Shown here piece by piece: positions 13,662 to 27,868 of a DNA stretch of 64,000 nt (the stretch's first letter is position 1; each line of letters opens with the position of its first letter). Origin of the DNA: Balamuthia mandrillaris (Eukaryota); NCBI GenBank assembly GCA_031835245.2, contig JAVKOQ020000052.1, forward strand, positions 124,001 to 188,000. The letters are read 5' to 3'. The notes under the pieces were generated by a model. It did no database searches. It was not told the origin of the DNA and saw only the letters and a list, made by a program, of their open reading frames with translations. Both the position numbers and the translations under genes were made by a program.

Positions 13662-16538
13662 CCTCATTTATCGGGTTACACCTACTAATCATCGATAAGA
13701 TGGGACTAGGCAAAACACTTTGTGTTATCTCAGCTATCGCAGCGGATATTGAGAATCTTAGCGCCAAAGCTGTTTCAGAAGAGAAGACCATCCCCGAGGA
13801 CACAGACAAGGACAAAGCAAAACAGATTGTTGATAGTAATGATGCTTTCAGTAGTGGACAGCAACAGAAGGTTGAAGAGGGGAAACAAACAAACTCTGCA
13901 GCAGTAGCAGAAAAAGAAGACGAAGAAGCAGGCGAGGAATGCGGTGGCCCCACTCTAATTGTGTGCCCTCTGTCAGTATTGGCCAACTGGCAGAATCAGC
14001 TCGAACAACACGTCAAAAAAGGCACACTCTCAGTTTTCCTCTACCACGGTAGGTCCAGGGCTATTCCTGCGAAGGAACTTCAATGGTATGACGTAGTGCT
14101 CACTACCTACAGCATCCTGGGCTCTGAATTTGCTTCCAACGACAAACAAAAGAAGAAACAAAGACCCAAACCTCAACAAATGTACTTCCAACAACACTTG
14201 TCAAATGGTGATAGCAGCAATAGTTCTACAAGCACTTCAACCTCCTCGGCATTTCCATCACAACAGCAATACTTCTACTACACCCCAAGTCCCTCTTTTA
14301 ATGGTTTAATGGCCAACACACCTCTTTCCCAACGGTATCTTGCCCCAGCTGCTAGCGGCGATGTTGGCAGTGCAACAGTAACTCCTAGGATCGCGGAAGA
14401 TCAGAAAGACAAAGGAAAGGGCAAGGAGAAAAGCACGAACCAATCCCCACTTCAGGCAATTCATTGGAGAAGGTTCGTTGTGATATTTTGTTCTTTTAAA
14501 ACAGTTAAAAAATAACGCCTTTGTTTTAGGATTGTGTTGGATGAAGGCCATTCCATAAAGTCTAGGAAAACGAGGCAAGCTAGGGCTGCCTTTAATTTGA
14601 GCGCAGACATTAAGTGGTGTCTCTCTGGAACACCTATTCAAAACAAGCTGGAGGACCTTTATAGTATTGTTCACGTATGTCTCTCTCCCTCTCTCTTATA
14701 CTGTTGTTGATCTTACACCTACGAATGATTTCAACGCACAGTTTTTAGGCGTTCACCCTTTCAGCAACTGGGACACATGGTACATAGCTTCTTCGCTGAT
14801 TAAACAATTTGGCTCACCTTCTTTCACCACAAACAGGAACGCAGTAATAGTGCGGCCGATGCGTGCAGATGACCCGCGAGGCTACCAGCGTTTACAGGTG
14901 CGTATCGTATTTCCTGTAGTTGATGTTGCTATTCTAGTTGTTGACCTGCCTGTCTTCCTATTGTTTTGACTTTGTAACAAAGGCGTTGGTCGGAACATTG
15001 TCGCTTAGGCGCACGAAAGACCAAATGGACAAAACGGGTCGCCCGTTGGTGGTACTTCCTAGCAAGACTGTATTACAGGTCGACGTTACACTCTCCGACG
15101 AGGAACGCCAATTGTATGATGCCATGGCCAGCGAGGGCAAGCAGCTGTTTCAAAGTTATATTAAAGCCGGCACTTTGGTTTGTCCAGCAACTTTTTTTTC
15201 CATCCTCTCAACTCATTGACGTTCTTCTTTAAACAGCTTAAGAACTACGCTCACGTTTTGGAAATGTTGTTACGGTTACGGCAAGTTTGTTGTCACGCAA
15301 ATCTTTCCATTGCGGCCATGAACGAAAAGAAGGAGCAGGAAAGGAGTGCAAACGATTTGGACAACGCCAAAAATCGGCGCCTTCTAGCTATTCTCATGGA
15401 CTGCATTGGCGAAGAGAGTTGCTGCATCTGTCTCAACCCGATTCCTGCGGTTGATGCAGTCATTACTCATTGTGCTCACATGTTCTGTCGTCCCTGCATC
15501 TCACAGTATGAACCCTCTTCCTCCTGCTCTTTTCTTGTAGCTTTAACCCTTTTTTTGTTTTTTTTTTTTTTGTATTTTGACACGATAGAGCGATGGAACG
15601 CAATCCAACTTGTCCCCTTTGTCGGAGCAACCTTACTCCAGCCAATATACTTCGAGCTCCAGTGCCCGAGCTTGGAGGTAGCGTTGCATCTGGTTCAGCT
15701 GATGCTGACGGCGCTGAACGGCTTGATAGTGGCCTAATATACGTGGACGGTGAGTCTCTTCTCTCTCTCTCTCTCTCTCTCTCCATCTTAGTTGTTGAGC
15801 TGAAAATAATTTCATTATTCTAGTATCCAATTGGAAGCCAAGCAGCAAGGTAATCCGCCTCCTAGAAGAAATCAAAATGATAATGGGCCAAGACCCTACC
15901 ACCAAAAGCGTTATCTTTTCCCAGTGGACCTCGTTTTTGGATTACCTTCATGTACCTTTTTTATTCATCTTTTCTTTTCTTGTTTTGTTATTTTTTTTTA
16001 ACTCGGTGAATTTTTCCTTCTTTTAGTATCCATTGGAGGCAAATGGAATCCGTAGCGTCCGGTTAGACGGCCGAATGACTCATCAGCAACGTGAGGAGGC
16101 AATGAAGCAGTTTGGCACGGATCCCGATGTTCACGTTTTGCTCATCTCCCTTAAGGCTGGTGGAGTGGGTCTCAACCTAACTTGTGCTTCAGTTGTATTT
16201 ATGGTATGCTCTGCTTTTCTATTCTCCTCTCTCTTGTCGCTGAATCATAATTGCTGTTTTAGATGGATCCATGGTGGAATCCAGCGGCGGAGGAACAAGC
16301 AATGGACCGAATACACCGTCTCGGTCAAACAAAGCCAGTACGCTGCATACGCTTTATCGTGAAGGATTCTGTGGAGGAACAAATGTTAAAGCTTCAGGAA
16401 AAGAAGAAGTTGATGCTGCAAGGCGCTTTTGGAAAGAAGACAGCCAAAGAGTTGCAGGAGCTCCGCATCAGCGATTTGAAATTATTGATGTTTAATGGCG
16501 ACGAGAACACTCAGGGTGATACGCAGCGACACGACTGA
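11213..16538 (+). CDS. HLTF: HLTF/RAD5-like SNF2 helicase with HIRAN-like domain and RING finger, multi-exon
   Basis: [55 protein letters not shown]...[10 protein letters not shown]...[49 protein letters not shown]. Confidence 0.88.
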
Positions 16539-16631
16539 CTGAAGGAGTCGAATTAAGCATTGAATTTAACTTACAAAAAGTACGAACAAGAGAGAGAGAG
16601 AGACAGAGAGAGAGGATGAATGGATACAAGT

Positions 16632-18836
16632 CTATGCAAAGGGAAAGTCATCATCCTCAAACTCTCCATCCTCGTCCTCTTCTTGCTCCTCCTCTTCACT
16701 TTCTTCGCTTGAGGGCCTTTCCTCTTCCTCTTCCTCCTCGTCCAACACAAGAGGCGGCCCCATGCCGCGCATCTCTGGTGTTACCGTGTCTTCTCGTGGC
16801 CGCTCGTCCACTAAATCGATCCTTGTAACAACAGATGGAAGTGTTTTGCCGGGCTCCAATTTGAGTTTTATGGAAGGAGGAGAGGGTGATTGTTGTTGAC
16901 AAAGAACCATGACATCATTCTGCTCTTGTGCAAGGGCTTCCTCCTTTCGTTTCTTCTCAGCTTCAAGTTGCTCAGGGGTAGGTGCAAGCTCGCACCATGG
17001 ACGGTATGCAAGCGGACAGTCCTGCGGAGGGCACTTGAACTCGGGTCCAAAGTTAAACGTCACGTTGGCAGAGTTGTAAAGAGAAGCAGCAGGATAGTAT
17101 GTGCCTGCGAAGATGTCCTTGAACGCTATTCCTTGTGATACCCCGTTCTTGTAGAAAATCAAGCAGCTGCCGTTTAGTACCGGCAGTACCTCCTCTTTCT
17201 TGTCGCTGCTCGTGCTCGTGTTTGTGCTTGTGTTGGGCTCTTGCTTTGGCTCGGCTGGGGGAGTGCTTGCGTTTGTGTTGGAGTGTGTTGTGGAGGAGTT
17301 AGTGACGCCATTGGTGCTATTGTTGCTATCAGCAGCAGCCGGCGATGTTGATGAGGGCGATTGCGAGGTTGCGGTGGATGATGCTTGTTCAGGAGGAGGA
17401 AGGTAGATGAGAAAGCCAATAATATCGTTTGATCCTTAGTCATAATAACAGCAACGTGAGCACAACATTGGACAAGAACGAGAGATAGGAGGTAAGCACA
17501 GTATGTACCATAAGGCTCGCCATAGGGACGGCCTCTGCTCTGATGAAAGATATCTCCAGCTTTATCTCGGTAGCTGTAGCTGTACTTGTCATAACCGACG
17601 GGTGCTTGTAGGTCACCTTTTTCTGTGGACCATCCCAACCTTTTGTAATAATATCATTTTAAATATTATTTAGCCAGACAATAAACATTTATGTTTGATG
17701 TTAGCAAATGAGAGTATTGCACGAGCTGTATACTTCTACCTTGTGTTTCCTTCGTGCGGATTAATATAAATTTCAAAGTACCAACAACCTTCTGTTGCAC
17801 CAAACGAAGCTCGCGCCATGCGATATCCCTATTTGGTGATAAAAATACGGCGATAGAATTCAGGGCTTAGGCAAGAGAGAAGAGAGAGAAAGTGCTTTAT
17901 CTTTCAAAGCCATTCATGCACGAAACTACACCTTTGGATTCTCAACAGTCAGCAAGTCTGGAAATATTTTGACTTGACGAGCAGAATTCTCTTTCGCAAT
18001 ACATAATGCTGTGTACAAACTGTAATCGGGTTCTATAAACAGAAAAAAAGTAAACAACTCCATGTGAAAAGCTAGAAGAACACAAAACACTATCACTAAC
18101 CATAATAACGCTTTGGAGGAGGTCGCCATTCTACGGGTGGTGGTTTTGGTTTGCTGCGGGTTGCTTTCTGTTTTTGTTTTTGCTTTCGCGTTTTGCGCTG
18201 TTTAGTTGGTTGCGTTTTTGCTCCTGCCGCAGAGTCAGTGGCTTTCCGTTTTCTGGTTTTGGAACTTAATTTGGTGGCTGCCTTTGATGGCCGGGTGTCA
18301 CGGCCTATTGCTGGGTTCAGAATGTGTTTCATTCCCCAGTATCCTGTTGCAACAACAACAAAAGTTAAACATATTGTCGATAAACACAAAGAATGAATGA
18401 AGAATCTATAGAGAGTAGCAAGGGAGAGAGAGAGAGAGAGAGAGAGAGGAAGGGAAGGAAATGAGTAGATGAGAGACCATGTTGTCCAATTGCTTTAAAT
18501 CCAGAAACAAAAGTGTCTGGATGAGAAGAAAGAGCGCTACCAATGGTATTGTGCCAGGTTAGTGTTCCTTTTTGGGTTTGGTTGGCATATAAGTGATGCT
18601 ATTATAATATGAAGTGATAAAGGAAATGTCTTACGTGACTTGCCAATGCAAAGTCTCTCCCAGTTGTTATCCAGGAAAGCACAGATGTCTTCTTTGAAGC
18701 GAATAAAGAAGTGACTGTCAGATGTGAGAGCCTCGTTGCGGGTGTAACCTTCTTCAACTTTTTGCACGGTCAAGTTATAGGTTGCTATCTGCACCACATC
18801 CATCCTGAGTTATGTTGGAAGAGAAAGAGCAAGAGA

Positions 18837-18888
<52 letters not shown>

Positions 18889-19536
18889 GAAACGAAGAAC
18901 AATAATAACAAGAAGCAGAGGCTAAATACCAGCTACGAGACTTCCATTCAAAGAAATCGCTGTTCTGCCCTCGGGACTGGGCGCAGCCCAAGCAGTGATA
19001 AGTGTAACCCCAGTCGCCTGGAAACGGAAAGTTGTTTTCCGTGATGCACTTTACTTGCTCTGCAGGCAGCATGCGTCACAGAATGAAACAAAACCGAACA
19101 ACAAGAAGCAGCGGAGAACGAGAGCGAGAGAAGGAGGAAAGAAGAAGAAAGAAGCAAGCAAAGGGCAGAGAAGAGCGCGAGCGCAGGAGCAAGGCGCCTT
19201 TTACGCACTTTTGGGGATCCATCGGTTGCAAAGAGAGCAACGCATGTTATTGATATCGATAGTGTCGCGTTGTTCCACCTGTTGACTGCAAACAGAAAGC
19301 AAGTCACAAAAAAGCTTGGCCCTCTCAAAAGTGAAGCAACAAAAAACGTACGCCCATAGAGGACGCTCCGTCCCTGTGCCGATGGTGTGGCCCTCTGTTG
19401 CTGCATTTTCGCTGCGATTTGACTCTTTGTTGCTCTCCTCAATGTCCATCGCCAGGTGTAAGTCTGGCGAGGAAGCCATCTCGGAGTAGGAGGACGCTGG
19501 CACAGCAAAGGCGCCACCACCATTTCTTCCTTCCAT
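16632..19536 (-). CDS. ASH2L: Set1/COMPASS subunit ASH2 (PHD-like finger, winged helix, SPRY), multi-exon
   Basis: CSLCNRW...YTYHCLGC finger, [34 protein letters not shown]...[35 protein letters not shown]...NFGPEF. Confidence 0.9.
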
Positions 19537-19878
19537 GGCGATGTTTTTTCTTCCTTCTTTTTGCCGCCCTTGATTTCTTCAAGACGACATGAAATACCAT
19601 CGTAGGTTCGAATCCAACCATTTGCAATATAATTCTTAGGAGAGAGGCAGAGAGGAGAGAGGAGAGAGGAGAGAGGAGAGGAGAGAAGAGAGAAGAGAGC
19701 GGAGGAGAGGAGAGAGGAGAGCAGAGCAGAGAAAGGACTCAGAAAGCAGACAAAGAAGAGAAAGGAGAGAGACAAGGTTTAAAGAGGGAGAGGAGAGAGC
19801 AGAGGAAGGAGGGATAAGGTTTCTTCGTAACTTTTTTTTGTTATTGTTGTTTGTGTATGTGGAAAAAACATCACCAAA

Positions 19879-20183
19879 CTATTCCATCTGTGAGTTATCT
19901 TGCACTCGAGCATCGTGCGGGGCAACCATGCCAGGAATGGCCATGTCTCGCTTGAGCTGCTCGCTCTGCGCCTCGGCCAACTGCTGCTCCTTCTCCTCTA
20001 GGAACAGCTCCGAATTGTCCTGCTCCGAAAATTCCTTGAGCTGCACCAAAAAGTCTCGAAGCAGCAACTTGAACGCGGAGATGTCTGTGTTCCGCTCAAA
20101 GAGGCCCATCACGAATTGATGCACAGTTTCTCTGTTTGGATGTATTCAAAAAAAAAGTCGCGATTAGAACGGCTATTAATAAA

Positions 20184-20245
<62 letters not shown>

Positions 20246-23200
20246 AACAGACAAAAAAGAGGATAAAAAAGAAATGAAGGAAAAACGTACTTGGAAAGAT
20301 GAGGAAAAGCGGTGAGCAATAGATGGGTCATATGGTTTCGCAAGAAAACAGAGTTGTTCATGGCGGGATCCTGGTTGGTCGTTGTGTCCCACAGAGGCAC
20401 TCGCACTTGACCACTTTCTACCAAGTGGAACATTCGAGCGAGTATTGTAGCTTGCAAAGAAAAACCTTTTTTCAAGAAAAAGGGTGAACACTTACACGAC
20501 AAGAACGAAACAAGCTTGGGGAAAAAGAAATACATACTTGATTTGTGGAAAGCGTCGGTCAAGACGTAGAAGATGTCCTGCACAAGGTTGATAAAATAGG
20601 CCTTGTAGAATCCTTGGGCCACCTCCTCCCCAGAGGCCGCAATGTTCTTCAACAGCTCTAACAGGATGTTGAGTCCCGTCTCAGCAATGTTTCGCATGGT
20701 GTGCTTGAAGGCCCACACAATGCTGTCGATGATGAGCTTGAAGGTTTCTGGTGGAATTTGGAAGAAGGCAGGGAAGCAGTGGGTATTGATGGCGCGGATG
20801 AGGTTGAAAAAGTTCACTCGGCAGACGGGGTAGTCCTCAAAGTTTTGTGTAATCATTTGCAGCGTGCACTCAAACACAGCAGCCAAGATAGGAGGTATCT
20901 GGTCGTTTAATCCTTGCTACAAGCGAGAAGAAAAGAAAGAATAAAAGAAGATTAGAACGTTTTTCAAGGTAAGCAAGCAAGATTGTTTAAAAACAACGTA
21001 CCTTGAATTTGTTTATGATAACAGTCATTAAAGACAACACTTCTGGGTCGCGTGCGTCTGGAATGTTGTTCTTGTAATCAATGAGCACCGCCTCAAGCAA
21101 TGGGGGAATGAAGTTTTGCATAACGATTTGAGGATCTTCGGATTTCTCTATAAAGGTCTCTTGCAAAGTCAATGTTTCTTTCTTTACCGCTCTCATACTT
21201 CGGACAATAGACGTTTTTGTAGCATTGGGACCTTTAATAGAGGAAAAAGGTGAGAATGCAACATACGCAGAACAAGCAAGATAAGCAAGCATACCATTGG
21301 ACGCAACAGTGTTGGAGATTTCCGTGCTGTAAACTTTGTACACATTGAGCATGTCCATGAATATAGTTCCCAATTGGTAAATGTAGTCATGGCCAAGTGA
21401 CTTAGCTGCGCGGACGTTTGTCTTGAGTATTGTGGTGATGCTCTTACATGTTTGCGTTTGCTTCAAGTAAGAGACATCCCGTTGTGCTTCTTCCATAATT
21501 CGTGTCCACTATGGTTTGGCACAATCGTTTAGCAAGAGTACGAACGGAAATAATTCGGAATTAATGAGAAATGGAGATATACCGTTGAATTGGGTAATGC
21601 CATCAACTTAATGACGAGCTCTTTCCGTGCTTTGGGGTCAGTGTGGGAGTGAATCATAAAACCAACTGCTTCGTAAAAAGTTTGTATCTGTTGTGGTTCG
21701 AGGTCGGAAATAATGACGGGCAAATCGGTCAAAATCTCCTCTACAAAAGGTGCCGTTTCTCCAATTTGACACACCACGAATTTCCGCCTACACTTTTGGG
21801 CAATCTTGAGGAAAGTATCACAAGCCTAAAAAAGAACAAGTTTAGTTGTTTGTGCGAACCGATTTAAAAAGAGAAATGGCGCATTTGAGAATTGGAAGGA
21901 GAAAATTACCATGTCTTGTACACCAGGGTGAGTCTCGTGCATAAACTCGAAAAGCTTGTTAACTACCGTCTTTAAAAACTTCCAATGAGCGCGAAGGAAG
22001 CGAGGATATTGCCCAACTATATACATAATGTTGCTTGCGATGACTGCCTTATTATCTTTGCCTCGTTTCATTTCGCACAAGCCCAAAAGCTCCTTAATAA
22101 CAGTAACCAAAAATCGTTTCTCGTCCTCTTCAGCTAAAAATGAGAGAAAGTTAATACCAACAGCAAAGGGAGTTCTAAAAAAAGACTAGGACTGTTTGAG
22201 TACATACATTGAGCTCCGCTAATGGATCCAATGGCCCAGCAGAGAGTGTTGAGGTTGTTCCAGGACCATTCTTGACCATTCACCTAGAAAGAAAAATAAA
22301 GTTAGTTGCAATTAACAAACAAAACAAAAAGAAAAAACTCAGGGACAAAGGGACACAGGCTAAGAAGGACAACGAAAACTAATACAGACAAAGAAATAAA
22401 CGCAAACCTGATTGTTCAGCTTTTCGAGCATGATGCTTTGAGTGTCTTCATAATCAAGATGCGTCAAATAGATCAACGTCTCTCTCATGCTCTTGTACAA
22501 GATGATGGCGTCACTATCCTTCATCACCTCCCTAACGATCTCTCCGTTTTCATCTTCTACAATCAAGACTTCCTCAGGCTTGGGCATGCGTTGAATGATA
22601 ACTTTACGTAGTCGAGACATAATAGGAGCGTAGAATGAGCGTCTGGGCGAGTTGGATTGAGAGGGATGGCTGTTCAACATGAGAACCTGTGAAGGAGCGG
22701 CAGGAAACTCTTGGTAGAGTGAACTTGCCTGATGAATGACGAATAAAGAAGTATTTAGTGAGCAAGAAAAACTAGGTGAAACAAATGCGAGGACAGTAAT
22801 TACCAGTGTGGTCCAATACTCGAGACAGATCTTCCACACCTCGCTATCGGTAACTTGAGATATTTCAATAAGGTAGTTGTGAGCTTCCAACAGGAGCATG
22901 TGAGTGCCTTCCGACTCCAATACCTTGAGGTGATTCTTGAAAAAGACGCCAAAGAAGATGGCAAGGTTCTGAATAAACTGCTGTTGCTCCTCGGTGCCAT
23001 TCTCGTAAACCTCAGCGAGATCTGCATTGAATAGTTAGAAAAACTGAATAAACAGTTAAAGATGATGAATGCGTACTCGTAGAAGGTGGCAATATATTGT
23101 GAAGTTGCTGCATAAACCCTGTAAACAGCTGAGTAAAAATGCCTTCATTCTGCTCTCCCATTTTAATGCCAACAACTTCGGTCAGACATTGCAAAGTAAT

Positions 23201-24265
23201 ATTTTGGAAAGGCGCAATTGGAAAGAACTGAAAGAAAACGTCAACCACTTGAAACAACAAAAGCAAGAGCAAAGGAGAGAGAGAGAGAGAGAGAGAGAGA
23301 AGAGATACCTTAAATATTAGATTTTCAACCATCTTTGTTTGGAAAATATAGCCTACAGGGATCCAGTTGAGAAACCGCAGCAAGGTTTTCAAGGTGGCCT
23401 CAATAAGGGAGGGGCTCTGTGAGGTGTTCAGTATGTATTCACAAAGCTGGTAGATGAGAGAAAACTCCTTGTTGAACGAAGTCTTCAACTCCTTTATTTT
23501 GTCTTGAGTCAGTTGACCACCTGAGAAGTCAAACACTTCCTCGCTAGCAGGAAAAAAAAAGAATGGGTCAATGAACGAGAGCAAAGAAAAAAAAAAGGAG
23601 ATATCAAGAATAAGAGTACCTGAGCAGCTTTAGTATCTCCATGTTGTTCTCGCACAACGATTCGTTCTTTTGACTAGCTCCAACGAGTTCGGGAATGAAG
23701 GTTTCCCAGTTGCGAGGCCACTCTTGTTTGATAATCTGTGCAATGGAAAAGTGTGAGCAGCCGATTCACAGTGACGACGATTATGAGAGAGAGAGAGAGA
23801 GAGAAGCAAGGGAAATCGAACCTGCACGAGGATCATATTCAACTTCTTCAAGTAGAACCGCTCCTTCTGCATGGTGGCAGCGTCAGAGGACAGCTTGATC
23901 ACAAGATTGACAATGTAGTTACGAATGCCATCACACTGCGCCCTCGGCAGGCTTTTCCATCGATAGAGGATGACCTTCTCCAGAATGGAGAGAGCGAGAA
24001 ACTTTGTGCTTTGACTCTCAGAGTATTCGAGGATGGTGTCCACCCTCGACCATGCTTGTGGATGCTCTTGCAACTGTGCAAGTACCCTTTCGGCCTCTGC
24101 TTGCTACAAGTTTTTTTTCTTTTTTGTGAGTGCTGTGGCGAGAGATCAAAAAAAAAATAGGAGTGGGGTTTGTACCTGTGGCCCAGAGCCCGTGTAGAAG
24201 GTATAAACCACTTGATCGAGTAACTTCACATCGAGTGGCTCATCAAAGTTGAGTATGCGTTCCAT
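19879..24265 (-). CDS. XPO1: Exportin-1 (CRM1), multi-exon
   Basis: [115 protein letters not shown]. Confidence 0.98.
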
Positions 24266-24889
24266 CCCGGAAATAAGCCCACAGATTTTTTTTTGGTTTT
24301 CGTTTACACAACCACTACTGCTACCCCACCCAACAAAACAAAAAAATGGATGAACAAGAGGAACCCAAAAAAAAATAAAATAAAAGGGCAAATTGGAGTA
24401 CCAACTTCACACTTCTCCTCCACGGCTTTTTTTTTGAGGTGGTTTGAGTGCGTACGCCGCGCAGCAGTCCCCTCCCTCCGCTTCACAGTCCTAAGTACCC
24501 AGGGGGAGGTGTTCTCGCCTCTCACACACAACCAAAAAAATAAGTGCAAAAAAGTTTCTGGAAGCTTTTTTTCCCGCCCTTTGGGATTTTTTGACGACAA
24601 ATTGAAAATCACCGGAAAATAGAAATTTCGGGAGGCGCATAACGGATAGGAGTTCTTTAGGTTAGGGTTAGCGGTCCGGAAGTAACGGCCGCGGAGCTTT
24701 CCTTTACAGCGAAACACTGTGTTTGACACGGGAGATATAATAATGCTATAGGTTGCGGTACTTTGGCTTATGAAAAATCCTTGGCAAATGAATCCCGCGA
24801 CTTGACGCCTGCTTTTTTTTCTTTCTTTTTTATTCACGTTTAAGTTTTTCTGCACTCTTGAACAGTTTCGCGACGAAAGCTATTACGCT

Positions 24890-25519
24890 ATGAAGAAGGG
24901 TTGGGCCGTTGCTGTGTTGGCTGTTATCCTGGCGGCTTGCTGGCAGGCTGGTTGGTTGCCTCAAAGCCTGCTCCCCTCGGGGGAGGGAGCATGGAGCGAG
25001 CGGTTCGCCACCGTCGCTCTCCTGCTTCTCGGGGCTCTCGGTTACCGCCTCCTCTTCGGCCCGCCTGCCTCGCGGACGAAGAAGGAGGTGGTGGGCAAGG
25101 GACCCCGCCCTAGCGCCTCAAAGGAGCGGGAGAGGACCTACGCCACCATCCCTCCCTACCCCAACGGCTGGTACAAGGTCGCCAACAGCACGGAGGTCAA
25201 GAAGGGACAGATCCTGGAGGTGGAGTGCCTCTCCCTCAGCCTCGTCGTGTTTCGTGGCGAGGACGGCAAGGCCTGCGTGGCCGACGCACATTGTCCTCAT
25301 ATGGGGGCCAACCTGGCCTATGGCGGTAAGGTTGTTGGCAACTGCATTGAGTGTCCTTTTCATAGGTGCGTTGTCTTTATTTCATTCCCTTCTTCTTTGC
25401 TTTTTTTGTTGTTCCCGTTTCGACTGTAACAAACATATTGTCGTCTCTCTTTCTCTTTCTCTCTTTCTCTCTCTCTCTCTCTCTTCTTTCTCTCTTTCTC
25501 TCTCTCTCTCTCTCTTCTC

Positions 25520-25567
<48 letters not shown>

Positions 25568-25970
25568 TCTCTCTCTCTCTCTCTCAAGATGGCAGTTTGA
25601 CACCTCTGGCAAGTGCACCAAGATCCCTTACTCCGAGAGCATACCCGAAATTGCCAAGCTCAAGACCTATGAGGTGGTTGAGTACTATGGAACGTACGTG
25701 TCCTTTGCTCCTTCGCCTTGCCCTCCATTCTCTTGTCCTGCAAACCTCTTTCTTCCTTTCTTTCGTTCTTGTCAATGTGTTTCGTTGCTGCTTCTTCTAT
25801 TCTCCATTTACTATAATATCACATTTTTACTACCATATATTTTTAGCATTTGTATCTACTATGACGCGGAAGGCAGGCCCGCTCCTTACCTCCCTCCTTC
25901 TATCCCGGAGATGGACACCTTTGTTTACCGCGGAACCTACACTCAAGACGTTGGCATGCACATACAGGTT

Positions 25971-26013
<43 letters not shown>

Positions 26014-26191
26014 CTTGGTCCATGTAGCTCTTTCGCATGCTTTTATGACATCCTTCCTTACAAACCGCTGCAGGAGTTTGCAGAGAACTCGGCAGACTTT
26101 CAGCACTTTGACCCGCTTCACGGCAACATGATGATCCCTTTCACCGAGACCCAAATCCCTGGCATGAAGATTGTGCACAAGGTACCATCTT

Positions 26192-26228
<37 letters not shown>

Positions 26229-26733
26229 CTCCTCTTTAACTCTCGGCTTCACAACAACAAAGGCGGATTGGATCCCAGGCAAAGCAGAAGAGGGCATGAG
26301 CCACATTGCCTACTTCAAGGACAGCGCTTACCTCACCTTCTTGGGCAAGGAGATCCCTCGCACGCAGGCCAACGCAGTGATCACCTTTGTCGGCCCCGCT
26401 GGCATTGTCTTTTTCACCTTCTACACCCCTCTCGGCAACATCGTGCTCTTCCAAACGCATCTTCCTCTGAAGCCCATGCTCCAAAAGGTGCAGTTCGTGT
26501 GGTACGCCGATCCCAAGATCCCTCGTCTCTTGGTCTCCTATGTCGTCGGCAACTGGATCGCGCAGTGGAGGCGGGACATCATGGTGTGGGAGAACAAGGT
26601 TTGGGCCATCAAGCCGCTCCTGGTCAAGGGTGACGGGCCAGTCATGAAGTTGCGGAGGTGGTTCCAACAGTTCTACTCGGAGAACAGCTTTAAAGTCTTG
26701 GAGGACCAAAAGTGCTCTCTCCTTGATTGGTAG
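24890..26733 (+). CDS. nvd: Rieske sterol (cholesterol) 7-desaturase, Neverland/DAF-36 family, multi-exon
   Basis: N-terminal TM segments, PPYPNGWY, Rieske CPHMGANL...CPFH, non-haem iron motif ENSADFQHFDPLH, C-terminal RDIMVWENK...LVKGDGPVMKLRRWFQQFYSENS. Confidence 0.88.
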
Positions 26734-26993
26734 TCGTATCCTGGCTTGTTATTTAGTTTATACGTTAAAGAGAATGTTACGCCAAACAAAGAAAGAAACA
26801 GAAGATCGAGGAAGAGAAGAATGCGTTTTCTCCTGTTGAGCAGTGCGTTGAGCAAATGTTGGCACTGGCTTCGTGTACGACACACTGGTCGTTGTGACTA
26901 CCGAGGGAAGCAACGGTGTTGGGCTTTTGCTTGTCACAAGTGCAAACAAAAGGCATGCTTTCCGAAAGTGGTTTGTGTGTCCACCATACCATA

Positions 26994-27868
26994 TCAGGAA
27001 GTTCTTTCTTTCTGCTTTTCTCGGTGCGTCTTCTTGTGCTCCTGTTCGGAGAATGAACATTCAGTAAAGTAGAAAAGATAGAAGAAGAGGGAGAGGGAGA
27101 GGGAGAGGGAGAGGAGAGGGAGAGGGAGGAGGGAGAGGGAGAGGAGAGGGAGAGGGAGAGGAGAGGGAAGGGAGAGGGAGAGGAAGGGAGAGGAGAGGGA
27201 GAGGGAGAGGGAGAGGAAGAAAAAGGTACTTGCTGAAGCTGAAACAGAGAGTTTTCTGTGAGTGCCAAGGCGGAGCGAAGGGAGGCCAAGTGCCTGTTCT
27301 TTACAGCCAACAACTGCAGCAAGAAGCCATAAAAGTCGGGTTGTTGCACTGCTAGCAGCTTGCACTCTTCCGCCCATTGACTCAAGTCCTCTTGGTAGTC
27401 CTCCTCCTCCTCCTCCTCTTCTCCCCCTCCTCTTCCATTCTCTTCTTCTTGTGGATGAGAGTGACCGAAAGGACAAGCGGAAGGAGCAAAAATAAAGTCT
27501 ATTGGAAGATTCTCATCGTCGTGGAGGAGAGACTTGTGGTAGAGAATGTTCTTTTTCTGTGTTTGCAAAAGCTTGTCCGCTCGTTGCAGCACTCTGGCAG
27601 TGAAAGCTTCAGCTGCGGCGTTGTTGGGCTCTTTCTCTCTCCCCCTCTTCTCCGCTCCGATGGATCGGCTTGGCGAGCGCAATGGTTGGTTTCGAAGGGC
27701 GTGGTTCTCGGTGGTAAGGCGCATGATTTCCTCGTTCTTCTGCAGGACCATTTCTTTGAGGTCGTAGGCCAGCCGTTGCAGCTCCTCTTCTCTTTTGTAG
27801 GCCCTCTCCAGCTCCTCACATTTGGCGAGCAGCTGCTGCGCTACTCCGTTGTCTTCTTCCTCTTCCAT
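26994..27868 (-). CDS. Hypothetical coiled-coil protein; exons 27868-27230 and 27041-26994
   Basis: Heptad-rich MEEEEDNGVAQQLLAKCEELERAYKREEELQRLAYDLKEMV...; GT-AG intron filled with a (CCCTCT)n-like tract; in-frame last exon EHKKTHREKQKERTS*. Confidence 0.65.

Noticed and set aside
19550..19630. tRNA gene around GGTTCGAATCC
   Set aside because: No matching acceptor stem, D-arm or anticodon stem; kept only as an orphan B-box
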